Below are positions 1 to 11,437 of a stretch of DNA of 64,000 nucleotides, one piece after another. The stretch spans positions 806,001 to 870,000 of the forward strand of contig CM074821.1 in the NCBI GenBank assembly GCA_037447605.1. The letters are read 5' to 3'. The notes below the pieces were generated by a model. It did not search any database. It was not told where the DNA came from and saw only the letters and a list, made by a program, of their open reading frames with translations. Both the position numbers and the translations under genes were made by a program. This DNA is from Zygnema circumcarinatum SAG 698-1b. Taxonomy: Eukaryota > Plantae > Zygnematophyceae. How positions within the stretch are numbered: the stretch's first letter is position 1; every line of letters begins with the position of its first letter.

Positions 1-255
1 GGATGTGATGGTTCAGCAAGAACTGGATGGAATTGTTTAAGGAAAAGATAGGTTTCTGTGTATATGTGATGTTTTTGTCGGTTGCGATCTCGGAAGTTGA
101 ACTCATATGTGAGAACGCACCAAAAAGAACGATAACAAGATCGAATTGCTTATGTTCGTTTTTAGCCTGTCTGAATGTGAGATACATAACAAACATCTGC
201 ATTTTTCTGCATAATAAGTTCATTAAGCCTGACCTGCAATGACATTTGCATGCAG

Positions 256-2113
256 TATCTCACTGATAACTTCACGGATTTTCAACTCGCTGCTTTGGGA
301 AGCTTCATCATTCACGAGAGCGTCTTTTTCGGTGCTGGCATCCCGTACTTATTGCTTGATATTGCAAACATTCGAAAGTATAAGATTCAGGTGAGCTCGT
401 ATCCGTGTTTGAAAGCTTGGTTTGGCTGCAGGTTTCATGCAAACGAACCGTTATGCGAAGATATGAACTTTTGTCGGAGCTTTTTCGTATCTTGACGATG
501 AATGTTTACCTGTGACTGGAACAGAGGTGTCTCTTCTTTTATTCTTTGGCTCTTTCTGCATGTTGAGAGTCTAATTGGTCTGCAGACGCTTCCGTAATCT
601 TTGTTCGTTCGAGTGACTTGGTAGTGCTTCATTAGAGGTGTCTGCATTTCTGTGCTCCTGCCTCATTTCACTCTTGAAGGGATCTGTTTTCCACATATGC
701 GCTCTGCAACTGATGTGCTTTTTTTGAATGCTTTGCATTAACCACTGCTTATGTAATGTTGAAGTATGTGGGTGATAACTGTTGCAGGAACGCTCAAACT
801 CTTTTGCAGCTCAGCGCAGATGCATCGTAATGCTCCTAGTTTATCATTTCTGCGTCAATCTTCCAATAATGATAATCTCTTATCCTATCTTCAAGTCCAT
901 GGGTTTCACAGCATCCCTTCCACTACCTTCCTGGTGAGCTGTTTACCAGTGCTATTGCTGTGGCCATTATTTTTAATTGTAGGCATGCCTCTGTGATCAA
1001 ATTGCAAGTTTGAGGCTGAGCGAGTAGGTCTGCTCTTTGCAGGTCGACTGTGGGCATACAAATTCTCTTTTACTTCATATTGGAAGACTTCGTTTTCTAC
1101 TGGGGACACCGTCTATTGCATACGAAGTGGCTGTACAAGCACATTCACAGTGTTCACCATGAGTAAGCAGACTATTGAGCCTCTGCAAAAATTGAGCCTC
1201 TTTACTTCTGCTGATTAGATTTGTGAACAAGTGGCTGATTTTCCAGCGGAAATACTCTGAGTTTTTCTTTTGAATGCTTCCCTTCAATCTCATTTGCGCA
1301 ACAAAATACTTCCGAGTTAACAGTACAGTTCAATGATACTGTGCCATTGAATCTCCTCTGCAGATATGCTACTCCGTTTGGCCTGACGTCAGAATATGCG
1401 CATCCTTTGGAGATACTGTTTCTTGGTTTGGCAACCACTCTTGGCCCTGCGTTGACAGGCCCACACCTCTTCACTCTTTGGCTCTGGATGAGTGTTCGAG
1501 TGCTTGAGACCATTGAAGCTCATAGCGGCTATGACTTTCCATGGAGTCCGTCCAGATTTTTCCCGTTGTATGGCGGGTGAGTAACTTGCTTACCTGTCCA
1601 TGAAGATCTAAGTTAGGTCTGCGAGTCGAAGTCGTATCCGTGATAAGTAACCGAGCTTGTAGTTGAAATGGTGTTTCGATGGTGTTATTTTCAGGATATT
1701 TTTCATTGATTGGTGTACCATGGATGCTGGGGGTTGATAATGCTGCAGGGCTGAATTTCATGACTACCACCACAGGCTCCTCTACACCAAGTCTGGAAAC
1801 TATGCCTCAACCTTCGTCTATATGGACTGGTAAGTGGTTTGCATACGATATGTTAAACCTACTTATTATTGGAAGTTTCTTTCGTCGATGATGACTGTCC
1901 ACCAACTCTCCTGCTTTGTTACCACCCCTAGTCTCGTTTACCGTGACTTTAACTGACCAATATTCTCAGTTTTTGTTCTTCTTATCACGCCTCTTCAGGC
2001 TTTTTGGAACGGATAAAGGGTATAGGAAGCTTATGGCTTTGAAGAAGGCTTCCAAGGAGGTCGAAGGAAAGATTTGCACCCCTGATCAGAGCATCAGCAG
2101 CAAAGAGGAGTGA
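256..2113 (+). CDS. SMO2: Sterol 4-alpha-methyl oxidase (methylsterol monooxygenase 2), 5'-partial, 6 exons visible
   Basis: Exons 256-390, 788-933, 1043-1162, 1364-1576, 1749-1829 and 1999-2113 have GT-AG boundaries and join in frame: YLTDNFTDFQLAALGSFIIHESVF...[37 protein letters not shown]...FHDYHHRLLYTKSGNY...FGTDKGYR. The His boxes match the sterol desaturase/hydroxylase family. The first exon was not identified and is probably upstream of the window. Confidence 0.93.
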
Positions 2114-3298
2114 GAAGGGCACGTGTGGCACTTCCCTACCTAAAATTATTTAGTACCTTCAAAACTTCCTAAGTCTTGTAACCATTCTTCGTCCAGAATT
2201 CTTTGAGCCATCAGGTCTCCTCAGGTGAGCCCGAGAGGGGGCTGTGCTTGTCAGCTGGCTCACTCCCATAGGTCACTCCTGATGGCTCCAATAGTCTAAT
2301 CCTCCCTATGGTGGGATGCAGCCTGTCATGCAATTCAGAGCTATCATCTCATCCCGTTTAGGATTAGTGCGAGTCATGCACATACAAAGTTAGGATGGAC
2401 TTTTGTGAACACTGTATAGATCGCGTTTCTTTCAAGGGAGGGAAGCTCTGACTATGGCGTATTTGATGGGGCCCTATCTGATGGCAGTGAGGTAACGGGC
2501 CCAGTTCTCAGTTCAGTCTGTGGCAAAGTTTAACAGAGCTTGCTCGTGAGGTCAATGCCACACCTTTTTCGAGCTTGCCCATATGTCAAAGGCATAAGCC
2601 GCAAATCAATTTGGAGAAAATCACTTGTCCCTGAGCCTCTCTCATGTGCGCGCCTCTCATATGCCAAGACAGGAGGGGGGGACGCCTCCATAGATGGAAT
2701 TCTGAACTCTGTAAATCAATTAATTGGGGCCTGTTACTTCGGTACAAAATTTAGCATCTTTCTTTTGCGTTTGTTTTTCAGTTCCATATCGCTATGAAGA
2801 AACTCGCTCTAACCGTTGGAGGTCTCTCTGCTGCTACTTGGGCAATAGTCGTTTTCGAAAATCCTGAAAATATCGTAGTATTGACGGCGTATCGGCTGTG
2901 TAGGCAGAGTTGCCGGCGTCGGGGTTGAAACTGGGCGGTCAATGGGAGTCTGGGAAGGACGGTAGCCGGCAGCGACGCCGCCACCTTCTGGCCGTCACTG
3001 CCAATGCGCCGGTGATATCGCGATATTTTGAGCCTTTTAATTTCCGCCCTGTTGCTCAATCGCCAAGAGGGCTGCCTCCAACTGCCTGAAAATTTGGGCA
3101 GTTGGTCGGTAGCCTCTGATTGGCTGCTCCGCCGCTGCTGTACGGCGCTTTTTTTTTCGGGCAGGTGGCTGCAGGAAAACTGAAAATTCCTGCAAAAAAA
3201 GCATCAAAAAAAGGATCAGAGTTTTTTAGTTCTCGCGAAAGTATCTACAATCCTGGGCATACAATTTGACCTCTGATGTGTTCTGCATAGAAATAATT

Positions 3299-4023
3299 CA
3301 CAGTTCGGACCAGTGGATCGGCAACCATTGGACAACCATTGGATGGCAATGGTTGGACGTCTACTGGTCGGCAACCAGTCGACTGGTTTGGAACCAGTGG
3401 ATGCCACTGGTTGGCAACCAGTCGACTGGTTCGGAACCAGTGGATGCCACTGGTTGGCAACCAGTCGAATGGTTGTTTCGATCCGGCGGCACTGGTTGGC
3501 AACCAGTCGACTGGTTGTGAACCAGTGGCATCCACTGGTTGGAAACCAGTCGAATGGTTGTTTCGATCCGGCAGCACTGGTTGGCAACCAGTCGAATGGT
3601 TATATCCATTAAATCAAATGGTTGGCAACCATTAAATTGTCGGTGTACGGAAAATATTTACAGTATATCGACAATACGGGGATCCGTACACCGACAATTT
3701 AATGGTTGCCAACCATTGGATCACTGGTTCCGAACCAGTCGAATGGTTGTTTCAGTCCTGCGCCACTGGTTCGCAACCAGTCGAATGGTTGTTTCGATCC
3801 GCAACCACTGGTTGCCAACCAGTCGAATGGTTTGGAACCAGTGGATGCCACTGGTTGGCAACCAGTCGAATGGTTGTTTCGATCCGGCGGCACTGGTTGG
3901 CAACCAGTCGAATGGTTGCCAACCAGTGGCATCCACTGGTTCCAAACCAGTCGAATGGTTGTTTCGGTCCGCAACCACTGGTTGCCAACCAGTCGACTGG
4001 TTTGTCTAATGGTCCGATCTGTG
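3299..4023. mobile_element. Non-autonomous foldback DNA transposon, short internally deleted copy
   Basis: Termini CACAGTTCGGACCA (3299) and TGGTCCGATCTGTG (4023). An 8-bp direct repeat AAATAATT lies at 3291-3298 and 4024-4031. Two inverted arms consist of CTGGTTnnnAACCAG palindrome arrays. The sequence matches the reverse complement of 55521-57529. Confidence 0.88.
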
Positions 4024-4071
4024 AAATAATTACATAGAAATAATTACAGGAGGATTAGCTTTAGTTAAAGT

Positions 4072-4134
4072 ATGGGCTAACTTACGTCAAAAAGGAGCCC
4101 ATTTTGAATCAGATTGCGGGCTTGAATTAGGGTT
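4072..4134 (+). promoter_or_regulatory. Site II (TGGGCY) motifs plus a telo-box-like motif upstream of the TMEM70-family gene
   Basis: TGGGCT at 4073-4078, AGCCCA at 4096-4101 and ATTAGGGTT at 4126-4134. This combination is known in plant promoters of mitochondrial and translation genes. Confidence 0.5.
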
Positions 4135-4515
4135 AAGGCAAAACCTTGAAAGGCGAAGGAACCGAAGGAAGGAGAAAGGGAGAGGGAGGAGGAGGGCTTA
4201 TAGGGTTTTCAATATTGAGGGCTTCGACTCACACCCACACTTTAGCCTAATCTCTCTCGCCCATGCTCTCTCTCTCTTTCTCTCTCGTTCTTGCTCGCTC
4301 GCTCGCTCTCTCTCGCTCTCTCTCATCCCTCGTCTGCACAACTTCAAGGAAGGAGAGTCCATTCCATGCTAAAGCTCGATTGAGCTCTTTCTCTCCCAGG
4401 ATCTGAAAGCTATAACGAACTTAGTTTGAAGGGAAACACCCGAAATCCGAGATCTCCTTCAACCCCTAACCCTAAACCCCTTCTGCATTCCATTTAAAAA
4501 GTGTCCATCGCAGAG

Positions 4516-6059
4516 ATGCTGCAAAGTGCATTAAGTAGAGGCGTCCGCCGCGCTCTTGGGGCGTCAAAAAAATCTAATTTTATTTCTTCTCTTCAATCCC
4601 TATGCCCACATTTTGACCAAAGTGTTTCCATCTCTCCCCATGAAGAAGCATATGTTCACACAGTGCTGCAAAAACCAAGTGGTCTTTCCTTTACCTTTCA
4701 ACGATCCTCTGCTTTGCGGCCGGTACGTCTGCTAACCCTAATTTTACAAAAATCTTACTTATACTTAGTATTCATCCTAGAGAAAGCCAATTCTCCAACA
4801 AGCAGTTCAAGATTTTAGCTGGAATCTTGCTTGAATTTATCATTCGGTGCTCAAATTTAAACTTTTTCTCGACCCACTACTTTGATTAAGTGTAACATAA
4901 GAAGAGAATACATGTTTGCCCATATTCATAATCCGTTCTATTCCGTGTTGCTGGCGTTTTCTTCTTTTTTTTTCAGTTGTCGAAATCTTCTTCTTTTTCG
5001 ACGGTAGTTTGCTCAACTCAAGAAGCTTTACGTTTTCCTGGTGAGCCCCTGAAAAGCTGAATTATATAATTTTTTCGTACTCTTAGTCCAAATGCTTACT
5101 GACGCTATATTGCCATTGGGCCCTCATTTTTTTATTTAAGCTTGAGTTCGCTCTTTTCTCTAATCCTTCGCGGATCATTCTCACTTCAAAATCATTTTTT
5201 TTATGCTTTTGAAAAGTTTCTGTCCTTCTGCTTACGAACGATAGAAGTAATTCAACGGTAATGGGACGTTCCTTGGAGGATTCTCAAGATTAACTCCAAG
5301 TGCTCAAAGATACCCATGAACGATCATTGTATGGAAATCTCACGCATACATTTCCTCAAGGAGAGTATGTGCTGGTCGGACCCCTCCCAGCCCTCCTTCC
5401 CGCCACTCTCTGCCTCTCTGAACTCGTTCTCTTTGAACTTTTATGAATTCTTGGCAGGTTCAATTATCTCAATTCAAGACTGTGTCCTTCAGAATACATC
5501 ACATCCTCTCGGGGTTCCCTTTCGAGCATACAGAGGGGCTAAGGCACAGCCTTCACCTGTTGCACCTCAGACTTCACAGAAAGCCACTCCCCCACCTCCA
5601 GTAGTCTATCAAGGCGTCTTCTCCTCCACTCTCCGGAGTGTGAAGCTCCTCTCTCTCTCCACTTGTGCCCTCTCCCTCAGCATTGGCCCAATTGTCACTT
5701 TCTTCACTATAGCCCCCTCTGTAAACATCGTTGTCAAGGGCGCCATGGCCTCTATCATGGTCCTCTTGAGCGCATCCACAACTGCAGCCCTTCATTGGAT
5801 CAGTTCTGCTTATGTGCATAAGCTGACATGGACCCCTGGTTCTGATGAAGTTGAAGTTAAGGTCCTTTCTTGGATGACTACAACGGTGACGAGGAAAGTG
5901 AAGCTGTCGAGTGTGAGGCCTGCAGTGACAATGAAGCCTCTCGTCTCCTTTGAGGCAGATGGGAGCTTCTATTACATTGACAAGGACTCCTTCCCAGATA
6001 GGTGGTTATTGGAGCAGCTTACGCCGGAAGAGAAGGGAGTGAGCGGGAGTGAGAAATAG
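4516..6059 (+). CDS. TMEM70-family mitochondrial membrane protein (ATP synthase assembly factor-like), probably 2 exons
   Basis: The main exon (about 5458-6059) encodes YQGVFSSTLRSVKLLSLSTCALSLSIGP...STTAALHWISSAYVHKL...PLVSFEADGSFYYID, typical of TMEM70. An upstream ATG at 4516 gives a presequence-like MLQSALSRGVRRALGAS. The exon-1 donor was not resolved. Confidence 0.72.
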
Positions 6060-6854
6060 GTAGAGAGAGTGACCCAGTGAGAGACAGAGAGGGAGAGCTT
6101 TGCCACTTTATGCATGTCTTCCATTTTGGTAAAGTGATAGGTGGAGCTGGAAAATTTCAAGTTTTGGATTAGTTCTAGTGGAAGGAATCATAATTCCTTT
6201 AGTAGATCATTCATTGCCCGTTCCATCGTCACCCTTGTGGGGACCAGGAATGGAAATTTTTGTTACTGCTCCGATTTTTGTAGAAAATGGTTCAATTCCT
6301 GCCTTAGGCCATTGCAGCCCCATGTAACAAACAATGCTTTTTTCACAAAGGTCCATTAAATTTGATTATGGTGCGAAAAACCCTCTTTTGCCGATTGAAC
6401 ACCAAGCCCCTACCTCCTCCTTAAATGTAGGGATGGCAAGGTCTTAACTAAGCATCGATTCTTAAATGGAAGTTTTTAGTCATGAACTACGAAGAGGCCC
6501 AATTCATGTAGTTTTGCTTTAGTTTCACACGGAAATCAACCTTAAACCCCGAAACGAGGGAAACATGAGTTGCACAGCACCTCACACACAACATTCAAAA
6601 CATTCTCTCCTCACATCATCATCTCTTCCTCCAATGTCAAAAAAGAAAGCATCCAGCGCATAGTTAACAAAGGAACAAATACGATGCAAAATCTTCTTCA
6701 CAAGATTCATCGTCGGTGGCAAAAGAGCAAAAAAAAAGAATCGAAGAAATGGGAGACATCTCCAGTCCGCCCCTCCTTGTTACTGGCCTGGACGTGAACT
6801 GAACGGCAACGGTAACAGAAACGGCAACAGCGAACCCTGAGTTCTATGCTCCAA

Positions 6855-9130
6855 TTAGGTTAACCTTGCGATCACCTCCTCCACTTCCTCCCGCGAGTAC
6901 AGATGGTATCGCGGGGCCACCGAGGCAATGTCCACGTTTGTTGAAGTCACCTGCTCAAACAGAAACCACGGAGAATCGCAATCTGAGAAAACTGCATGAA
7001 AAAAAAAAAAAAGGAAAGGAAAAACGGACCGGAAAACTGACTCCACAAACATGGAGTCAGAACCCTTCACGCTATACATTTAGGAAAGCTCCAACCCTAA
7101 AAGGAGTGAGAATTCGGCTCACCTTCTCCTCCATCACTTGCTTCAAAGTCGATAGAGCCAAAGTCTCTGCCTCGTTCAATGTCATGTCCTGCCAAACAAC
7201 ATCACCAGAACGCCACCTTCAAACTCCACGAAAAAATGCGCTAACTCTACAACTTGCTCATACTGACTATATAATCTGCTTCTCTTGGGAAACACAAAAG
7301 GAGACTCCTCTTCAAACTTTCTCCTCTTGTCCACAGTGTTCAAGTCTACAGTTTTCCTCTCTGTTACGTTTCCATCTCTCTCATTGTCCCTGAACCACCT
7401 CGTTTGCCCTCTCCCACCTCTCTCCCTTACCGACATTCGTGCCTCCCTCTCTCCACCCTCACAACCCTCTCCCTCGACACTACCCCCTCCGTAACCGCTT
7501 ATCTCCGCAGCAGAATATGAACTCACCTTACGGAAATTCTCCTGCAAAGAAGTCTGTGCTCCTTCTGACCCAGCTCCAATTGCTTTCGCTTCATATCGTA
7601 CAAATGTCCCGGACGGATCGGTGTGAAATCTGTTCAATTCCGCGAAAAGCTTATATATGTCAGCATTGAAGAGGATCGTCATATGATGATTGAACCACTG
7701 ACATCATACTGCCCCCATAAACGTAAAAAACTCAGAAACCACTTCAGCTTTGGAGTCTATGTGAACAGCATTTATCGATGGACTCAGTCAAAAAGGAAGG
7801 CAGAATTCCTGTTTGCACCCAAACAACAACCTGTGGACAATAACAAACATGAATAGAGGTGCAATTCCATCCTCTAACCTCCAGTGAAGTCTGAAAGGGT
7901 TTGACAAATTCGAGGTTTCTTACTACTTGGAAGTGCAATTTAGCAAAAGAGAAAACATTTCTGCTATGGTGAAAGAGAAGTTGCGGTAAAACTAAGGCTC
8001 AAGTTACGGCTCAGAGTGATAGGGCAAGCTTAAGGGACACACTCACAAACAGGGGCCCGTTTTATCTTTCCCTGCAATCAACAGGGCGACTCCAAATGGC
8101 CGACTCTGTTGCCATATGAACAAAAAAAAAAATCAATCATGAGAGTCAACATACACTTGTAGAGAGACAACCTTTCTCTCGCTTCTCTCTCTCATTTCTC
8201 TCTCGCTCTCTCTCTCTCCTGTCACCACCTCATCATCCCCTCCCCAAAAAGGCCCCTCTCCCTCCCTCCATCCTGAAAACTTGTGAGTAAAAGAGAGTAA
8301 GTTTGTCATCTGCTCACCATTGACTCTTCATCACCCTCTCCAAAACGGAGAGCAAGGTCGCATAGAGACTGGGTCAAGGACTCCACTCCCATTGGCTCAT
8401 TATATGAAAATCGATGATTCTGCAGAGGGTCCAAAAGCAAGCCAACAGCAATTCATTTGCTTTGCCCTTTGATCAATCAGTGAAAAGCAAACTTTTCCAT
8501 CCACAACAACGCAGACATAGACATAGACATAGACAATACATACATAGATTCGACACAGATCATAGTAGCAACAAACAAAAGCAGTGCCCTGCCTTCCTAG
8601 AATTCCTTCAGATTTACCTTAACATTGAGCTTATGTTCGCATCTTCTCAAGGAGAAATTGCGGAAAACAGCCGACAGCAGAAAATCACACAAGTTCTAAC
8701 CTCCCATCGTCAAGCAGCCACGAGAATCAAACTTCTTCGTTGACTGCAAAAAGAGTTCCCTCTAAGACTGAAAGGTAAGCTTCATTTTAGGTTTTGTAGG
8801 GCTTCTAGGGTTTTCTAGAGGTTTTTAGGGTTTTTTTCCACCTGCGTTTCCACTCTTCCATGTTCGATTAGGGTTCGAGCATCCGCGGTGAGCCCTGACA
8901 TGGCGCAGCCAATGTGCTCGTCCACCTCCATGATCTTCTCAACACTGCTCGGTTCCTGCAAACGTTATGGTAATCATTGTAATAATAATAATCATTTCAA
9001 CTTTCTATGTTTCATTGTCTCATTGCTACTACCACTTTTCTTGACCAACATAAAGCCGTTCCTGTTGCATTCACAAAAGCCCGAACCCAGATTTCCAAAT
9101 CGAAAGAGTTTAACATCGAACGGAGAGAGG

Positions 9131-9165
<35 letters not shown>

Positions 9166-10900
9166 GGGAAGCCGTTGACTTCATCCTTTGGCAAGAAAGC
9201 AAGTGAATCTCTGCATTGGAGATAGCGTAAACGAGTTTTCATCCGAAGGAAGAAACAACAAGGAAATAGACAATCAAATACATTCAAGTATACACTTTAG
9301 AAAAACTGACAACGTTTTCCAGTAGTGGTTTGTAATCACTTTTGTCCAGGATGATGCATTATCAGAGCAGCATTGAAAGCTTCTTGACTTTTTATATTAT
9401 CATGAAACATCTGCTGCCAGCGACTCCCTCTGCGCTTTCCGAAAGTGATGGAAAAAAGGAGAAAAGCATAACCCTATTTATACTATTTCTCAAACCTTCA
9501 AAGTCAAAGAACTTACCAGCAGAGTCGATGTTATGCGTTTTTCCACCGCCAAGATGCATCCTTCAGACGTTTGTATACCCACAGCAGTCGATCCCAACTG
9601 CAAGCTCCAAAGCCAACCTTCATACACTCATGCCTTGATGAAAAGAGCAAACTACTGTCATTCATTTAACAAAAACTCATTCACGGTCCTTCACATCGAG
9701 CAAAGAACATTTCTTATGCTGCTATAAAGATCAAGTGTGATAGGAATGCCGTATTTCCGTGTGCTGTGTATGGAAATTTCTTTTCTGGATAAATGTTGGA
9801 AAATCTATCTATCTGTGAAAGCGATGGATACGTGTATTACTTTCTTTTTGCATATCATAGCTATTAGAAGTACAATAAACATGACGAAGACCAGTAATGA
9901 TATGGCATGAAACCAGCGGTTCAGTGCCAAATCATGATCAAAGAATTTTTGTATTCTGGAGGGTTTCTATCTTTTATGAAGTCGTAAGACTAATCTCCAA
10001 AAACCGGATCACATTGGAACTAAAGAAGAAATCTGAAAGAAAGCCGAGTCTCATCCAAAAATCTGAAACTGTCTCCACGGAAATGAAAAAGTCCCGGCTA
10101 CATGGGTCTCCTGCAGGAGAATCTGTACTTCCATCAGCGGGATGGAATACGGAATAAAATGATTATTTCGGCTTCTTTAATGAAAGAAAAAATTATAATC
10201 GTGTAATATTGACTCTGATTTAGGGCTCCCACTTTTTGATGTCCCCAAAGAGAGGCCCATCACCTGCTCACCTTTATCCTTCTCAATTTGTTCAAAAAGT
10301 ATAGCAGCAAAAGGTTCAACGTAACCCATTCTTCAAATTGTTTCTGATCTTTTTAATTCGACTTAAAAATTTGAAGCCGATATTCGTCAATTCTAAAAAT
10401 CTGTTGACATGGCCTCCGAGATGTCAGTGTGTGGCCCTTAACCCTAACTTTCCCTGCATCAACTTTTCAGGTTTTTGCAGCTTGAGGGCAGCACTGCAAG
10501 TTACCTTGATGGCCTCTATCGCATACTCCACTTGAAAGAGGCGACCGTGCGGAGAGAATGTGCTGACGCCACGATCATACTCGCTCCTGAATGCGCCGTC
10601 TCCATGCCGAGAATTAGCCGATAAATTCAGTTACAGTTAGCGTTACATGTGTGGTGCAATTGAGCTTGCAGAGAATTACAATTGAGCGATTCCGAACACT
10701 GTAAATAGTTGGTTCAGTTTTTTACGCGTAGGGAGAGCGACAAGGCAAGCACAAGAAGCCATGAATACCGCTTTGGCATGCAGACATAGGCGCGATATGG
10801 CAATAAAGAATGAACGAGAGAGAGAGCGAGAGAGAGTGATTGAGAGAGAGAGTGAGACAGAGAGTGAGAGCTCCCCTTGAGCACACCTCGTGAGAAACAT
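6855..10900 (-). CDS. PAE1: 20S proteasome subunit alpha type-5 (PAE/PSMA5), multi-exon
   Basis: Exons read MFLTR / [27 protein letters not shown] / [27 protein letters not shown] / [21 protein letters not shown] / [14 protein letters not shown] / [12 protein letters not shown] / [23 protein letters not shown] / [22 protein letters not shown] / [18 protein letters not shown], with GT-AG boundaries. Confidence 0.95.
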
Positions 10901-11437
10901 GGCGCCTTGCCCTGAGAGGCCCTTCCGAGGTCAGATCCCTCCCTTTTCCCTTCCTCTCCCTCTCCCCCAGTCGCCACGTGGCGCTTCTTGGTGGCTCCAC
11001 GTGGCTCCCCCTCTCTCTCTCTCTCTCTCCCTCCCTCTCTTTCCCCTTTCCGGAAAAGCAGACGGAAACTGCCCGGACTTCCAATGTGTCGGATATATCG
11101 TTTATATCGTGAAATATCGTATCGTGTCGGTTATACGGTACTACCCTAGCTACCTTTCGATACAATACGGTCAGGAACGTCCATAACGATCTATGCTTGA
11201 AACTGTCCCGTGAAACGGGATCGCAGCTAAGCATCTAACAGCCGTTACAGGTCTTATCTGCAGAAGGACATAGAACTGGTCATAGAACTACAGAACAGCG
11301 TCAAAACACAGAACCGTCTGCGTTTCCCGCGCCTTGAGAGCCCTCCCTCCCACCCTTCTTCCAAAAGCCCTCTCTCTCTCTGCAGGGTTGCCACGTGGCA
11401 TCTTCCTCCCTCAGGAAAGCTCCCTCTGTTGGCAGCC

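Noticed and set aside
2778-3240. GC-rich intergenic block left of the short foldback element with a 93-aa ORF
   Set aside because: No recognisable protein motif, termini or second copy in the window. It may be a TE remnant, but this cannot be supported.
3300-4037. Many overlapping ORFs (ATSRLVANQW...-type) and a CRISPR-like look of the repeat arrays, also at 55480-57680
   Set aside because: The ORFs are open in all frames because the repeat lacks stop codons. The linkers are reused rather than unique spacers, there are no cas genes, the context is eukaryotic, and TIR/TSD evidence explains the arrays as transposon arms.
5316-5457. 5' extension of the TMEM70 ORF (MNDHCMEIS...)
   Set aside because: It is pyrimidine-rich and ends in TTGGCAG, so it is more consistent with the 3' end of an intron than with coding sequence.
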